64,000 nucleotides of DNA, from assembly GCA_016177845.1 (NCBI GenBank), contig JACOUO010000011.1, forward strand, positions 512,326 through 576,325, written 5' to 3'. Within the stretch, counting starts at the first letter, position 1; each line of letters opens with the position of its first letter. The notes beneath the pieces were generated by a model. It was not told where the DNA came from. It made no database searches and worked only from the letters and a program-made list of their open reading frames with translations. Shown one piece after another: positions 49,692-58,380 of the stretch. The translations under genes and the position numbers were made by a program. This DNA is from Deltaproteobacteria bacterium (GTDB lineage: Bacteria > Desulfobacterota > GWC2-55-46).

Positions 49692-50876
49692 ATGAACAAT
49701 GAAAAGCCCTTTTTTCTCGGTCTGAGCAGAAATGTCTTTTTTACCGGCCTTGTAAGCCTGTTCATGGACATTTCATCCGAAATGGTCTATCCCCTTGTCC
49801 CCCTTTTCCTTACCGGCGTCCTGGGCACAACAAAGACAACCGTCGGCATAATCGAAGGCATAGCAGAGGCAACCGCCTCGATACTCAAGGTCTTTTCCGG
49901 CTATATGTCGGACAGGCTCGGCAAACGAAAGCTTCTGATGACTATCGGGTACGGCATCTCCGCCGTAAGCAGGCCGATTATAGCATACTCAGGCACCTGG
50001 TTTGAAGTCCTGACCGCAAGATTTATAGACAGGTTCGGAAAAGGCATAAGAACATCCCCAAGGGATGCCATTATAGCAGACTCAACCGAGGTCGGCAGCC
50101 TCGGGCTTGCCTACGGGTTCCACCGTTCAATGGATACTGTAGGCGCGATAATCGGCCCGGCAGTTGCGTTTGTTCTCCTGTTATTTTTTGTAGATAATCT
50201 GAGGCTCGTCTTTCTCGTATCCACAATCCCTGCCATCATAGCTGTAGCCCTGATAATCTTTTTCATTACAGAGAGGAAAAAGACGAAAGAGGAGCTTGCG
50301 CACCTGCCAAAGCTCAATATCAGGCAGTTTAACGGCCCTTTCAGGAGCTATATGGTCGTTATAGGGCTCTTTTCATTGGGTAATTTCGCTGACGCATTTC
50401 TCGTGCTGCAGGCTCAGAACCTCGGCGTAAGCAAAGAGCTTATCCCCATAATCTATCTTGTCTATAATATAATCTACGCAATTTCATCAGTCCTGCTTGG
50501 CGCTCTCGCGGATAAGGTCGGCATCAAAAATGTCATACTGGCAAGTTTTGTATTCTTCTCACTTATCTACCTTGGCGTATCTCAGGCGACTTCCGCACTC
50601 CATATCTGGATACTGTTCCCTGTTTACGGGATTTATAAAGGCATGACCGAGGGCACGCAAAAGGCTTACCTTGCCTTCCTCTCCCCTAAAGAGCACAAGG
50701 CAACAGCCTTTGGAATATACTACACGGTAAGCGGGCTTATGCTCTTGCCTGCAAGCATTATCGCGGGATATTTATGGGATAATATCGGACCAGGAACGAC
50801 ATTTTTGTACGGAAGCGCGATGTCGATAATAGCGGCAATAATATTTGCGGCAGCAGGAAAAAGAGATAAAGGGTAA
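49692..50876 (+). CDS. MFS transporter
   Basis: DISSEM, SGYMSDRLGKRK, DRFGKGIRTSPRDA, 12 TMs; ATG 49692 preferred over 49617. Confidence 0.92.
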   Translation: MNNEKPFFLGLSRNVFFTGLVSLFMDISSEMVYPLVPLFLTGVLGTTKTTVGIIEGIAEATASILKVFSGYMSDRLGKRKLLMTIGYGISAVSRPIIAYSGTWFEVLTARFIDRFGKGIRTSPRDAIIADSTEVGSLGLAYGFHRSMDTVGAIIGPAVAFVLLLFFVDNLRLVFLVSTIPAIIAVALIIFFITERKKTKEELAHLPKLNIRQFNGPFRSYMVVIGLFSLGNFADAFLVLQAQNLGVSKELIPIIYLVYNIIYAISSVLLGALADKVGIKNVILASFVFFSLIYLGVSQATSALHIWILFPVYGIYKGMTEGTQKAYLAFLSPKEHKATAFGIYYTVSGLMLLPASIIAGYLWDNIGPGTTFLYGSAMSIIAAIIFAAAGKRDKG

Positions 50877-50892
50877 AAAAAGGAGTCGGGAG

Positions 50893-51768
50893 TTACTCCA
50901 GGGTGGGCTGCTTACTGAAGCTTAAGCTCGTGCCAAGCTGAGTGAGCTTGCCTCTGACATCGCCGAAAAAGACGAGGTCTTTTACAAGCACCTGTGTCGG
51001 GAGCAGGTCATCGGTAAAGATTATATCAACATCCCCTGACTGTGAGCCGAAAAGCTCTTTGTCTATCTGCACATTGGCAAGATAATCCGCGGACGCAGGC
51101 CTGTCCCTGAACCTCTTGTTCAGTTCTTCCTGTGTTGCGACACTGACCTTTATCTCAGGCACATGGTCTTCCTTAGGGAAATAGAACATCCTATATTCCC
51201 TGCCCTCCTTTATAGGACCGTAAACGCCAAACCTGAAGTTATAAAATGCAGCAAGAGGGCCATCGCAATAGATTCCCGGAGGAAGCTTGACCTCTTTGGA
51301 GTGCTCTTCCTTGCCATTTATCCAGCTCTTCCACTTCATCACCCTTTTGTCATAGTCGAGGACGGTTACACTCTTTTTTACTTTTCCGTCAATCTCCACT
51401 ATCTTCTCAAATGACTGGGTAACAAACCTTCTGCCTCCTTCGGCAAGCCTCAGGTGAGCCACATAGGAATCCTTCCTGTTTTTCATGACTTTTCCGACAA
51501 AGCCTGTAGTTTTGGCATTAAGAGTGGCTATGTAGTCGCCGTTTTCGCCTTTTCTTAAGCTTACCTTGCCTGTGGCGACATCATCGAAAAACCAGAACCC
51601 GATTGTATAGGTAAGCTCTTCATTGAGGAAAGCGTCAGCGATGGTGGAAGATTTTACTGTGGCAGGCTCAAGCGGGAATTCCTTTATAGCCTCTGACCTG
51701 ACATAGCCGGGGGTAAGTGAAAAAAGTGCGACTAAAGCAAAAATAAAGAGGAATCTGCTGAACTTCAT
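50893..51768 (-). CDS. Exported DUF3108-like protein
   Basis: Signal peptide, EELTYTIGFWFF, beta-rich, DGPLAAFYNFR, FGDVRGKL. Confidence 0.65.
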   Translation of the reverse strand: MKFSRFLFIFALVALFSLTPGYVRSEAIKEFPLEPATVKSSTIADAFLNEELTYTIGFWFFDDVATGKVSLRKGENGDYIATLNAKTTGFVGKVMKNRKDSYVAHLRLAEGGRRFVTQSFEKIVEIDGKVKKSVTVLDYDKRVMKWKSWINGKEEHSKEVKLPPGIYCDGPLAAFYNFRFGVYGPIKEGREYRMFYFPKEDHVPEIKVSVATQEELNKRFRDRPASADYLANVQIDKELFGSQSGDVDIIFTDDLLPTQVLVKDLVFFGDVRGKLTQLGTSLSFSKQPTLE

Positions 51769-52027
51769 AATTTAAGTTTAATCAAATAGCCGAAAAAATC
51801 AAGTACAATCGTAAGTTAGCCAAATCGCGCCGCACTGTAAAAATACTTTCAATTGCGGCTTGGGCATCTTCCTGTATACTTAGAAAAACGGCCTGAATAA
51901 TCACGAAGGGGGTGGTGATATTTTGTCCGTAATAGCGTATCAGTTGAGTAATCGTCCCAGGCCTGGGAGACATAATAACAGCCGCTCAAATCAAACCGTT
52001 CAACCAAAGCAAAAGGAGGTATGCACC

Positions 52028-52498
52028 ATGAGGAGATCAGCAATCTTTTCCGCATTCGTATTATCATTTTTCCTGTCAGTGTTCACCATCAACGCAGGCA
52101 CAGCTTCAGCAGCCGCAGCCGATGACGCACAGAAACAGCAGTCAAAGGCCGTTAAGCAGACACAGCAGGCCATAGATAATTTAAGGTCAGCTATCAACAG
52201 CTATGAACAGGCCCAGAAGTCAGCAGGCGCGGAAGATGAGCATTTAAGGGAAGCAGTAAATAACGCAAAGTCAGCCCTCGACAATGCCGAAAAATCAATG
52301 GAGCACGCCAGAATGTTCCAGAGCGGCGCAAAGGGCACAACAGGCAGGACCCCTTCAACACCCGCACCCTCCACACCTTCTGAGCGCGGTACATCAGGCG
52401 GCATGAGCGGCGGCACATCAGGCTCAATGGGCGGTGGCGCGACATCAGGCGGAGCGACATCGGGTGGCGCAACAAGCGGTTCAGCAGGCAGCAGGTAA
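52028..52498 (+). CDS. Small exported helical protein with Gly/Ser-rich tail
   Basis: AGGAGG SD before ATG 52028, signal peptide ending ASA, GGATS repeats, followed by terminator. Confidence 0.75.
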   Translation: MRRSAIFSAFVLSFFLSVFTINAGTASAAAADDAQKQQSKAVKQTQQAIDNLRSAINSYEQAQKSAGAEDEHLREAVNNAKSALDNAEKSMEHARMFQSGAKGTTGRTPSTPAPSTPSERGTSGGMSGGTSGSMGGGATSGGATSGGATSGSAGSR

Positions 52499-52521
52499 TC
52501 CTTACAATTACCATCCCCTAC

Positions 52522-52559
52522 AAAAAAGGGCGGAAGCATTGTGCTTCCGTCCTTTTTTT
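52522..52559. terminator. Bidirectional intrinsic terminator
   Basis: AAAAAAGGGCGGAAGCA-TTG-TGCTTCCGTCCTTTTTTT. Confidence 0.85.
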
Positions 52560-53925
52560 ATTTGAACTCAGGCACTACTTCCGAAGGATTTTCCACAGTC
52601 CTCATATCCAACAGGAATTTCTCTTTCTTTATCCTTCCAAGTATGGGCGGAGAGTTTCTAAGAAAAAGCCTCATGATATCTTCAGGCTTGAGGTCTTTAT
52701 GGGTAATTGAAATAACTTTTGTAGGGATATTATGCCCGGGCAGCGCCCCGCCCCCGACAACAGACTCGCTATCCTCTATAACTATCTCAAAGCCTTCAAG
52801 CTTTATACTTAAAAGCTCCTTTGCCTTATTTGCCACAACCTCTATTTCGGCAATAGGCCTAACCATATATTTAAGGGTGGGAAGCCTTTCGGGAAGCGTA
52901 TCTTTGTTGAGATAGAGCTTAAGCGTTGCCTCAAGAGCAGACAGTGTAAGCTTATCAGCTCTTAAAGCCCTTTTAAGCGGGTTCTTTTTTATCTTGTCGA
53001 TAAATTCCTTTTTACCGACAATCAGGCCTGACTGCGGCCCCCCAAGGAGCTTATCCCCGCTGAATGTGATTACATCAGCCCCTGTCTCAACCCTCTCCCT
53101 TACAACAGGCTCTTTTGGAAGGCCGTACTCGGAGAGGTCTATCAAAGACCCTGCGCCCAGATCTTCCACGACAGGGATATTATGCGCCTTTCCTATTGCT
53201 ACGAGCTCATCGAGCTTAACCTCAGAGGTAAAGCCGACTACATTATAATTGCTTGTATGCGCCTTGAATATCAGGGCGGTATTCTCATTTATGGCCTCTA
53301 TGTAATCCTTAGGGTGGGTCCTGTTTGTAGTGCCGACCTCCCTTAATATGCAGCCGCTTTTCTTTATTATCTCAGGCAGCCTGAACGAGCCGCCTATCTC
53401 GATAAGCTCTCCCCTTGAGATGATTACCTCTTTGCCTTCGGCAAGGGTATTAAGCGTAATAAGGACGGCTGCGGCATTGTTATTGACCACGCATGAGCCT
53501 TGCGCCGAGGTAAGCCTTTTGACAAGACCATCTATGTGGCTGTCCCTCTCGCCCCGTTCGTTCTTCTCAAGGTCAAACTCAAGGTTAACATTACCTTCCG
53601 CAGTTAAGATAATTGAAGAGATAGCGTCTTTACTTAAGACAGCCCTGCCGATATTGGTGTGCAATATCGTGCCGGTAGCATTTATTACCTTTACTATCGA
53701 AGGCTTAAGCATGCTTCTAACCTCCTCAAAAGTAAGCTCGATCAAGGCAGAGGCGCAGACATCTTTCCGTCTGCCTGAGATTATCTCGCCCCTTGCCTTA
53801 TCTATTGCCCGCCTTAGTGCAGCAGTGACAAGGGGAGCGGAGTAGACAGCGGAGGCGTTCTTAAGCTCAAGGCTCTTTAAAAGCTCATCTACAGAGGGGA
53901 TTTCCCTTAAAAGGTTGTTTTTCAT
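52558..53925 (-). CDS. selA: L-seryl-tRNA(Sec) selenium transferase
   Basis: INATGTILHTNIGRA, SRGELIEIGGSFR, EVGTTNRT, FSGDKLLGGPQ, RALRADK; start 53925 implied by promoter position. Confidence 0.97.
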   Translation of the reverse strand: MKNNLLREIPSVDELLKSLELKNASAVYSAPLVTAALRRAIDKARGEIISGRRKDVCASALIELTFEEVRSMLKPSIVKVINATGTILHTNIGRAVLSKDAISSIILTAEGNVNLEFDLEKNERGERDSHIDGLVKRLTSAQGSCVVNNNAAAVLITLNTLAEGKEVIISRGELIEIGGSFRLPEIIKKSGCILREVGTTNRTHPKDYIEAINENTALIFKAHTSNYNVVGFTSEVKLDELVAIGKAHNIPVVEDLGAGSLIDLSEYGLPKEPVVRERVETGADVITFSGDKLLGGPQSGLIVGKKEFIDKIKKNPLKRALRADKLTLSALEATLKLYLNKDTLPERLPTLKYMVRPIAEIEVVANKAKELLSIKLEGFEIVIEDSESVVGGGALPGHNIPTKVISITHKDLKPEDIMRLFLRNSPPILGRIKKEKFLLDMRTVENPSEVVPEFK

Positions 53926-53932
53926 ATCAGCA

Positions 53933-53961
53933 ATATTACCTGAGAGTAAAAAACCGGTCAA
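53933..53961 (-). promoter_or_regulatory. sigma70 promoter of selA
   Basis: TTGACC-17 bp-TAATAT, 7 nt before ATG. Confidence 0.75.
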
Positions 53962-54073
53962 GGAAGAGAACAGGATTCCTTTCATAAGAGCGGGATTTTT
54001 TTAAAAAATATTTACACGGTTCCAAGACAATAGTATATTAAAATATAAATAAAATAACCAAAGAGCGAAATAG

Positions 54074-54724
54074 ATGGTACCTGTCATATCAATAGTAGGC
54101 AAATCAGGAAGCGGCAAGACCACTCTCCTTGAAAAGGTCATCAAAGAGCTTGTAAAAAAGGGCTACTCCGTTGGCATCCTTAAGCACGACGCGCACGGCT
54201 TTGAGATAGACCACGAGGGCAAGGACTCATGGAGGCACAAGAAGGCAGGCGCAATGACGGTTGCCCTCTCCTCCCCTGAAAAGTTTGCGGTAATAAAGGA
54301 TGTCAAAAAGGAATGGGTGCCTGAAAGGATTATATATTCATACCTTTCAGATGCTGATGTGGTGATAACAGAGGGCTTTAAGACCTACTGGTTCCCAAAG
54401 ATAGAGGTATTGAGGAAGGCCCACTCAACAAAGCCTGTATGCGCCGGGCATAAGGAACTCTTAGCCTATGCGACCGATGTAAAAATCAAGACAAAACTGC
54501 CCCTTTTCGATATAAACGACTACAAAGGCATTGCCCGTTTTATCGAGAAAGAGATTATAAAGAAGCACGATAAAAAAGAAATCTCCCTTATGGTAAACGG
54601 CAAGCCTATTGTCTTAAAGCCGTTTATCGAGAATTTCATAAAGGACAGCGTCCTTGGCATGATAGGAAGCCTTAAGGACTGCTCTGATGCCAACGAAATA
54701 GAGCTCAGGATAAGGAAAAAATGA
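54074..54724 (+). CDS. mobB: Molybdopterin-guanine dinucleotide biosynthesis protein B
   Basis: GKSGSGKTT, KHDAHGFEID, GKDSWRH, EGFK, C-terminal NGKPIVLKPF domain. Confidence 0.94.
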   Translation: MVPVISIVGKSGSGKTTLLEKVIKELVKKGYSVGILKHDAHGFEIDHEGKDSWRHKKAGAMTVALSSPEKFAVIKDVKKEWVPERIIYSYLSDADVVITEGFKTYWFPKIEVLRKAHSTKPVCAGHKELLAYATDVKIKTKLPLFDINDYKGIARFIEKEIIKKHDKKEISLMVNGKPIVLKPFIENFIKDSVLGMIGSLKDCSDANEIELRIRKK

Positions 54725-55290
54725 CCGGTGCGGTTCTTGCTGGCGGCAAATCAAGGCGCATGGGCTTTAACAAGGCCCTTATAAAAATAGACGACCGTAC
54801 CATCATTGAAAAGAATGTAGGGCTCCTTAAAAAAGAGTTCGATGAAGTCTTTATAGTAGCCAACGAAGTACTCCTTTACGAACACCTCTCAACCCTCATA
54901 TATTCAGACCTCATAAAAGGCGCGGGAAGCCTCGGCGGCGTATTTACCGCCCTTTTTCACGCAAAGAGCGACTACGCCTTCGTGGTTGCCTGCGATATGC
55001 CGTTCCTGAGCCCCGAAGCAATCAAAAAGATGATAAAATCAGCAGATGGGAGCGACTGCATCGTGCCCTTTATAGGCGGAAAGCTCCACCCCATGCACAC
55101 GCTCTACTCCAAAAAATGCCTCAAACCCATAAAGACCATGATAGAGGAAGGCAATTTAAGGATTACCGACCTTTTTGAAAAGGTGCGGGTTAAAAGGCTT
55201 ACTGAGGAGCATTTTAAAGGCATACCAATAATAGAGTCCGTGGAAAATGTAAACACACAGGACGACCTTACAAGGATAGGACACAAATAA
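54721..55290 (+). CDS. mobA: Molybdenum cofactor guanylyltransferase
   Basis: LAGGKSRRMG..KA, ACDMP, NVNT. Confidence 0.94.
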   Translation: MTGAVLAGGKSRRMGFNKALIKIDDRTIIEKNVGLLKKEFDEVFIVANEVLLYEHLSTLIYSDLIKGAGSLGGVFTALFHAKSDYAFVVACDMPFLSPEAIKKMIKSADGSDCIVPFIGGKLHPMHTLYSKKCLKPIKTMIEEGNLRITDLFEKVRVKRLTEEHFKGIPIIESVENVNTQDDLTRIGHK

Positions 55291-55294
55291 CAAA

Positions 55295-56089
55295 GTGGAA
55301 AAAAAAGCTGAACTGGAAAAACTGATAAACCTGATGGAAAGGCTAAGGGCCCCGAACGGCTGTCCGTGGGATAAGGAGCAGACCCTTGAGTCACTCATCC
55401 CCTTCATCATAGAAGAGGCCTATGAGGTAATCTCAGCCATAGATTCCAAAGACCCCTCCCATATTAAGGAAGAGCTTGGAGACCTCTTGTTTCAGGTTAT
55501 CTTCGCAAGCCAGATAACAAAGGAGAAGAACGAGTTCGATATAGCCGATGTAATCGACACCTCCTTTACCAAGATGGTCAGAAGGCACCCCCATGTGTTC
55601 GGCGATGTAAAGGCGGAAACCCCTGAAGAGGTACTAAAGCACTGGGCTGAAATAAAAAAGGAAGAGAAGAAAGAGGCAGGCAAAAAGGAAGAAGGCTACC
55701 TCTCAGGCATACCTGAGGTGCTGCCCGCGCTCCTTAGGGCGCATAAAGTAAGCCAGAAGGCTGCAAAGGTCGGCTTTGACTGGAAGGATGTCAGCGAAGT
55801 GCTGGCAAAGATGGAAGAAGAGATGAACGAGTTCAGGCAGGCTGTGCTGGCTAAAAACACCGAAGAGATGGAAGAGGAGCTTGGGGACTTTCTCTTCACC
55901 GTTGTCAATATCGGAAGGTTCCTTGAGGTCAACCCAGAGAACGCCCTGAGAAAGACCATCGGAAAGTTCATAAACCGCTTCCATTATATAGAGAAGAGAT
56001 TAGATGAGAAAGGCATGGATCTTTCGACTACGCCGATAGAGGAAATGGAGCGTCTCTGGCAGGAATCAAAGGTGAATGAAAAAAGGTAA
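55295..56089 (+). CDS. mazG: Nucleoside triphosphate pyrophosphohydrolase MazG
   Basis: GCPWDKEQT, EEAYE, EELGDLL, RRHPHVFG, tandem domain. Confidence 0.96.
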   Translation: MEKKAELEKLINLMERLRAPNGCPWDKEQTLESLIPFIIEEAYEVISAIDSKDPSHIKEELGDLLFQVIFASQITKEKNEFDIADVIDTSFTKMVRRHPHVFGDVKAETPEEVLKHWAEIKKEEKKEAGKKEEGYLSGIPEVLPALLRAHKVSQKAAKVGFDWKDVSEVLAKMEEEMNEFRQAVLAKNTEEMEEELGDFLFTVVNIGRFLEVNPENALRKTIGKFINRFHYIEKRLDEKGMDLSTTPIEEMERLWQESKVNEKR

Positions 56090-56113
56090 GTAAACCAGCC
56101 CCTTGAAAGACCT

Positions 56114-56145
56114 TTCCCCACAAGCTGTGGATAACTTGTTGAAAA
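56114..56145. promoter_or_regulatory. Cluster of three DnaA boxes
   Basis: TTCCCCACA-AGC-TGTGGATAA-CT-TGTTGAAAA; the middle box is a perfect TTATCCACA on minus strand. Confidence 0.7.
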
Positions 56146-56265
56146 CCTATCAAATGCAAAATTATGGTAATCTTAAAATATGGGCTTTCCGCAGGTTGCT
56201 TAATTTTTAGGCAGGTGATTTCTGAAATAAAACGATAAGTTAGGCCATTTTAGAACTGTTTTCAT

Positions 56266-57846
56266 TTAGGCTGTTTTTTGCCTGCGTTTTTTCAAAATTC
56301 CTTTTAAAAACGCGACCTCAGGTGATTTCAGGAGCTTTGCTACCGTAACAAAGGTCACCACGCCTATCAACAGGCACAGGGCAATAACGCCTGATTTGGT
56401 TGCCGCCCCCATCCCCTCAAAGCCTGTCCAACGGATGACAAGATAGGTCACTATTCCCATTACGGCAGAAGCCGCACCCGACTTTAAAGCTGAAGAGAAT
56501 ATCTCACTGCCCCCGAACCTGCCGAACCTCTTCTTAAGGATAAGAAAGAGAACTATCATATTTATGGCAGAGGAAAGCGAAGTGGCAAGCGCAAGGCCTC
56601 CGTGCCCCATGGGGCCTGTGAGGGCAAAGCAGAATATCACATTGAATATGAATGAGACGAGCGCCACATAGACAGGTGTTGCAGTATCCTTTATCGAATA
56701 AAATACAGATGTGAGTATCCTTGAGATAGATACGGGGATAAGGCCGATGGCGTAATAATAGAGGGCTACGGCAGTGCCGTATGTAGCCTCATTACCGAAC
56801 TCGCCCCTCTTAAACAAGACCTCGATTATCGGGTAACTAAGGACAAAGAGGCCGATAGTAGCAGGTATTGTGACAAAGTTGACAATCCTTAAGGCAAATG
56901 TAAGGGAGCCCCTAAAGCCGTCCCAGTCTTTTTTGGCAACATGCTCAGATAAACTCGGAAGCACTGCTGTGCCTACTGCAACTCCAAAGACCCCCAGGGG
57001 AAGCTCCATGAGCCTGCCTGCGTAATATAGGTATGAAACGCTGCCCTCTGCCAATTGAGAGGAAAACCACAGGGTAACAAAGATATTAAGCTGATATACG
57101 CCTACCCCAAAGGCCGCAGGCCCCATGAGCGTAAAAATCTTCATTATGGCAGGGTCTTTGAAGTTAAAGCGAATGCCTGGCATCATGCCGTATCTTTTAA
57201 GGTAGGGCAGCTGCAGGCCGAACTGCAGGACGCCTCCTATCAAGACCCCTATGGCAAGCGCATAGACAGGGGTATTGAGGAACGGGGCCACCCCAAAAAC
57301 GCAGGCGATAATGGCAAGGTTGAAGAAAACAGGGGCAAGCGCAGGCGCAGTAAAGTGCTTGAGCGAATTCAGCACTCCCATGGCAATGGCCATAAGCCCG
57401 ATAAAGACCATGTAGGGGAACATCAATTGGGTAAGGTTTACGGTAGCTTCAAACTTCTGCGGGTCTGAGGCAAAGCCCGGGGACATGAAAAGGACAATTT
57501 CCCTTGAGAATACCATCCCAAGGATAGTCATTATTATAAGTATTATGGCAAAAAGGGTAAAAACGCTTGAGACAAGTCCCCTGATGCTCTCTTTTGAACG
57601 GAGATTAAGCTCCTCAGTAAAGATAGGGATAAATGATGAGGTAAGCGCGCCCTCGCCTACAAGCCTTCTGAAGAGGTTTGCAATCCTGAATGCCATGAAA
57701 AAGGCATCGGCAAACATCCCCGCGCCAAAGACAAAGGCAACAGCCGCGTCCCTTATATAACCAAGGATCCTGCTTAAGATGGTTGCGGAGCCTACGATGG
57801 AGGCAGCCCCTGTTATGCGTCTTTCATGCGAATTTTTAGCGGACAT
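56266..57846 (-). CDS. murJ: Lipid II flippase MurJ
   Basis: SRILGYIRD, FRRLVGEGA, FIP, RLMELPLGVFG, GLALATS. Confidence 0.96.
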   Translation of the reverse strand: MSAKNSHERRITGAASIVGSATILSRILGYIRDAAVAFVFGAGMFADAFFMAFRIANLFRRLVGEGALTSSFIPIFTEELNLRSKESIRGLVSSVFTLFAIILIIMTILGMVFSREIVLFMSPGFASDPQKFEATVNLTQLMFPYMVFIGLMAIAMGVLNSLKHFTAPALAPVFFNLAIIACVFGVAPFLNTPVYALAIGVLIGGVLQFGLQLPYLKRYGMMPGIRFNFKDPAIMKIFTLMGPAAFGVGVYQLNIFVTLWFSSQLAEGSVSYLYYAGRLMELPLGVFGVAVGTAVLPSLSEHVAKKDWDGFRGSLTFALRIVNFVTIPATIGLFVLSYPIIEVLFKRGEFGNEATYGTAVALYYYAIGLIPVSISRILTSVFYSIKDTATPVYVALVSFIFNVIFCFALTGPMGHGGLALATSLSSAINMIVLFLILKKRFGRFGGSEIFSSALKSGAASAVMGIVTYLVIRWTGFEGMGAATKSGVIALCLLIGVVTFVTVAKLLKSPEVAFLKGILKKRRQKTA

Positions 57847-57914
57847 AATCTGAGGGTCTTAATGGGGCGTATATAAAAGTAAAGTACCTTTCCGAAAATC
57901 CCATACCAAAAGAC

Positions 57915-57943
57915 TTGACAAACCTATCAAAAAAGAATAATAT
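57915..57943 (+). promoter_or_regulatory. sigma70 promoter of rpsT
   Basis: TTGACA-17 bp-TAATAT. Confidence 0.8.
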
Positions 57944-58036
57944 CATCTTTTATTTTATAAGCGCACGGCATTTTTATGCCGTCCAACAAAGTAAATAATC
58001 TATCACAATTTGAATATTAAATGGAGGTAAAAGATT

Positions 58037-58303
58037 TTGGCTAACCATAAGTCAGCTATAAAGAGACACAAACAGAGTGAAAAAAGGAGGCTTCGCAACG
58101 CTTCCACAAAATCAACCTTAAGGTCAGCAATAAAGAAGGTAACAGAAGCAACAGCGGCAGGCAAGGCTGATGAAGCTACAGCAACTCTTAAAGAAGCGGT
58201 AACACTTCTTGACCGTGCTGTTTCAAAAGGCGTTCTCCACAGGAACAATGCCTCAAGGAAGATCTCACGCCTTACAGTTAAAGTAAGCGCGGCAGGCAAA
58301 TAA
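58037..58303 (+). CDS. rpsT: 30S ribosomal protein S20
   Basis: MANHKSAIKR...KGVLHRNNASRKISRL; TTG start after GGAGGT. Confidence 0.98.
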   Translation: MANHKSAIKRHKQSEKRRLRNASTKSTLRSAIKKVTEATAAGKADEATATLKEAVTLLDRAVSKGVLHRNNASRKISRLTVKVSAAGK

Positions 58304-58327
58304 GCCGTCCTTTATAGATATCAATTC

Positions 58328-58363
58328 AAAAGCCCCTTGGTCTATAACCATGGGGCTTTTTTT
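58328..58363. terminator. Terminator between rpsT and holA
   Basis: AAAAGCCCC.TGG...CCA.GGGGCTTTTTTT. Confidence 0.85.
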
Positions 58364-58380
58364 ATTTCCTGCAGTCCCCT

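Noticed and set aside
52388..52480. Short tandem repeats as a CRISPR array or VNTR
   Set aside because: Degenerate in-frame Gly/Ser coding repeats; no spacers or cas genes
58037..58039. TTG start of rpsT
   Set aside because: A UUG start is already known for rpsT, e.g. in E. coli
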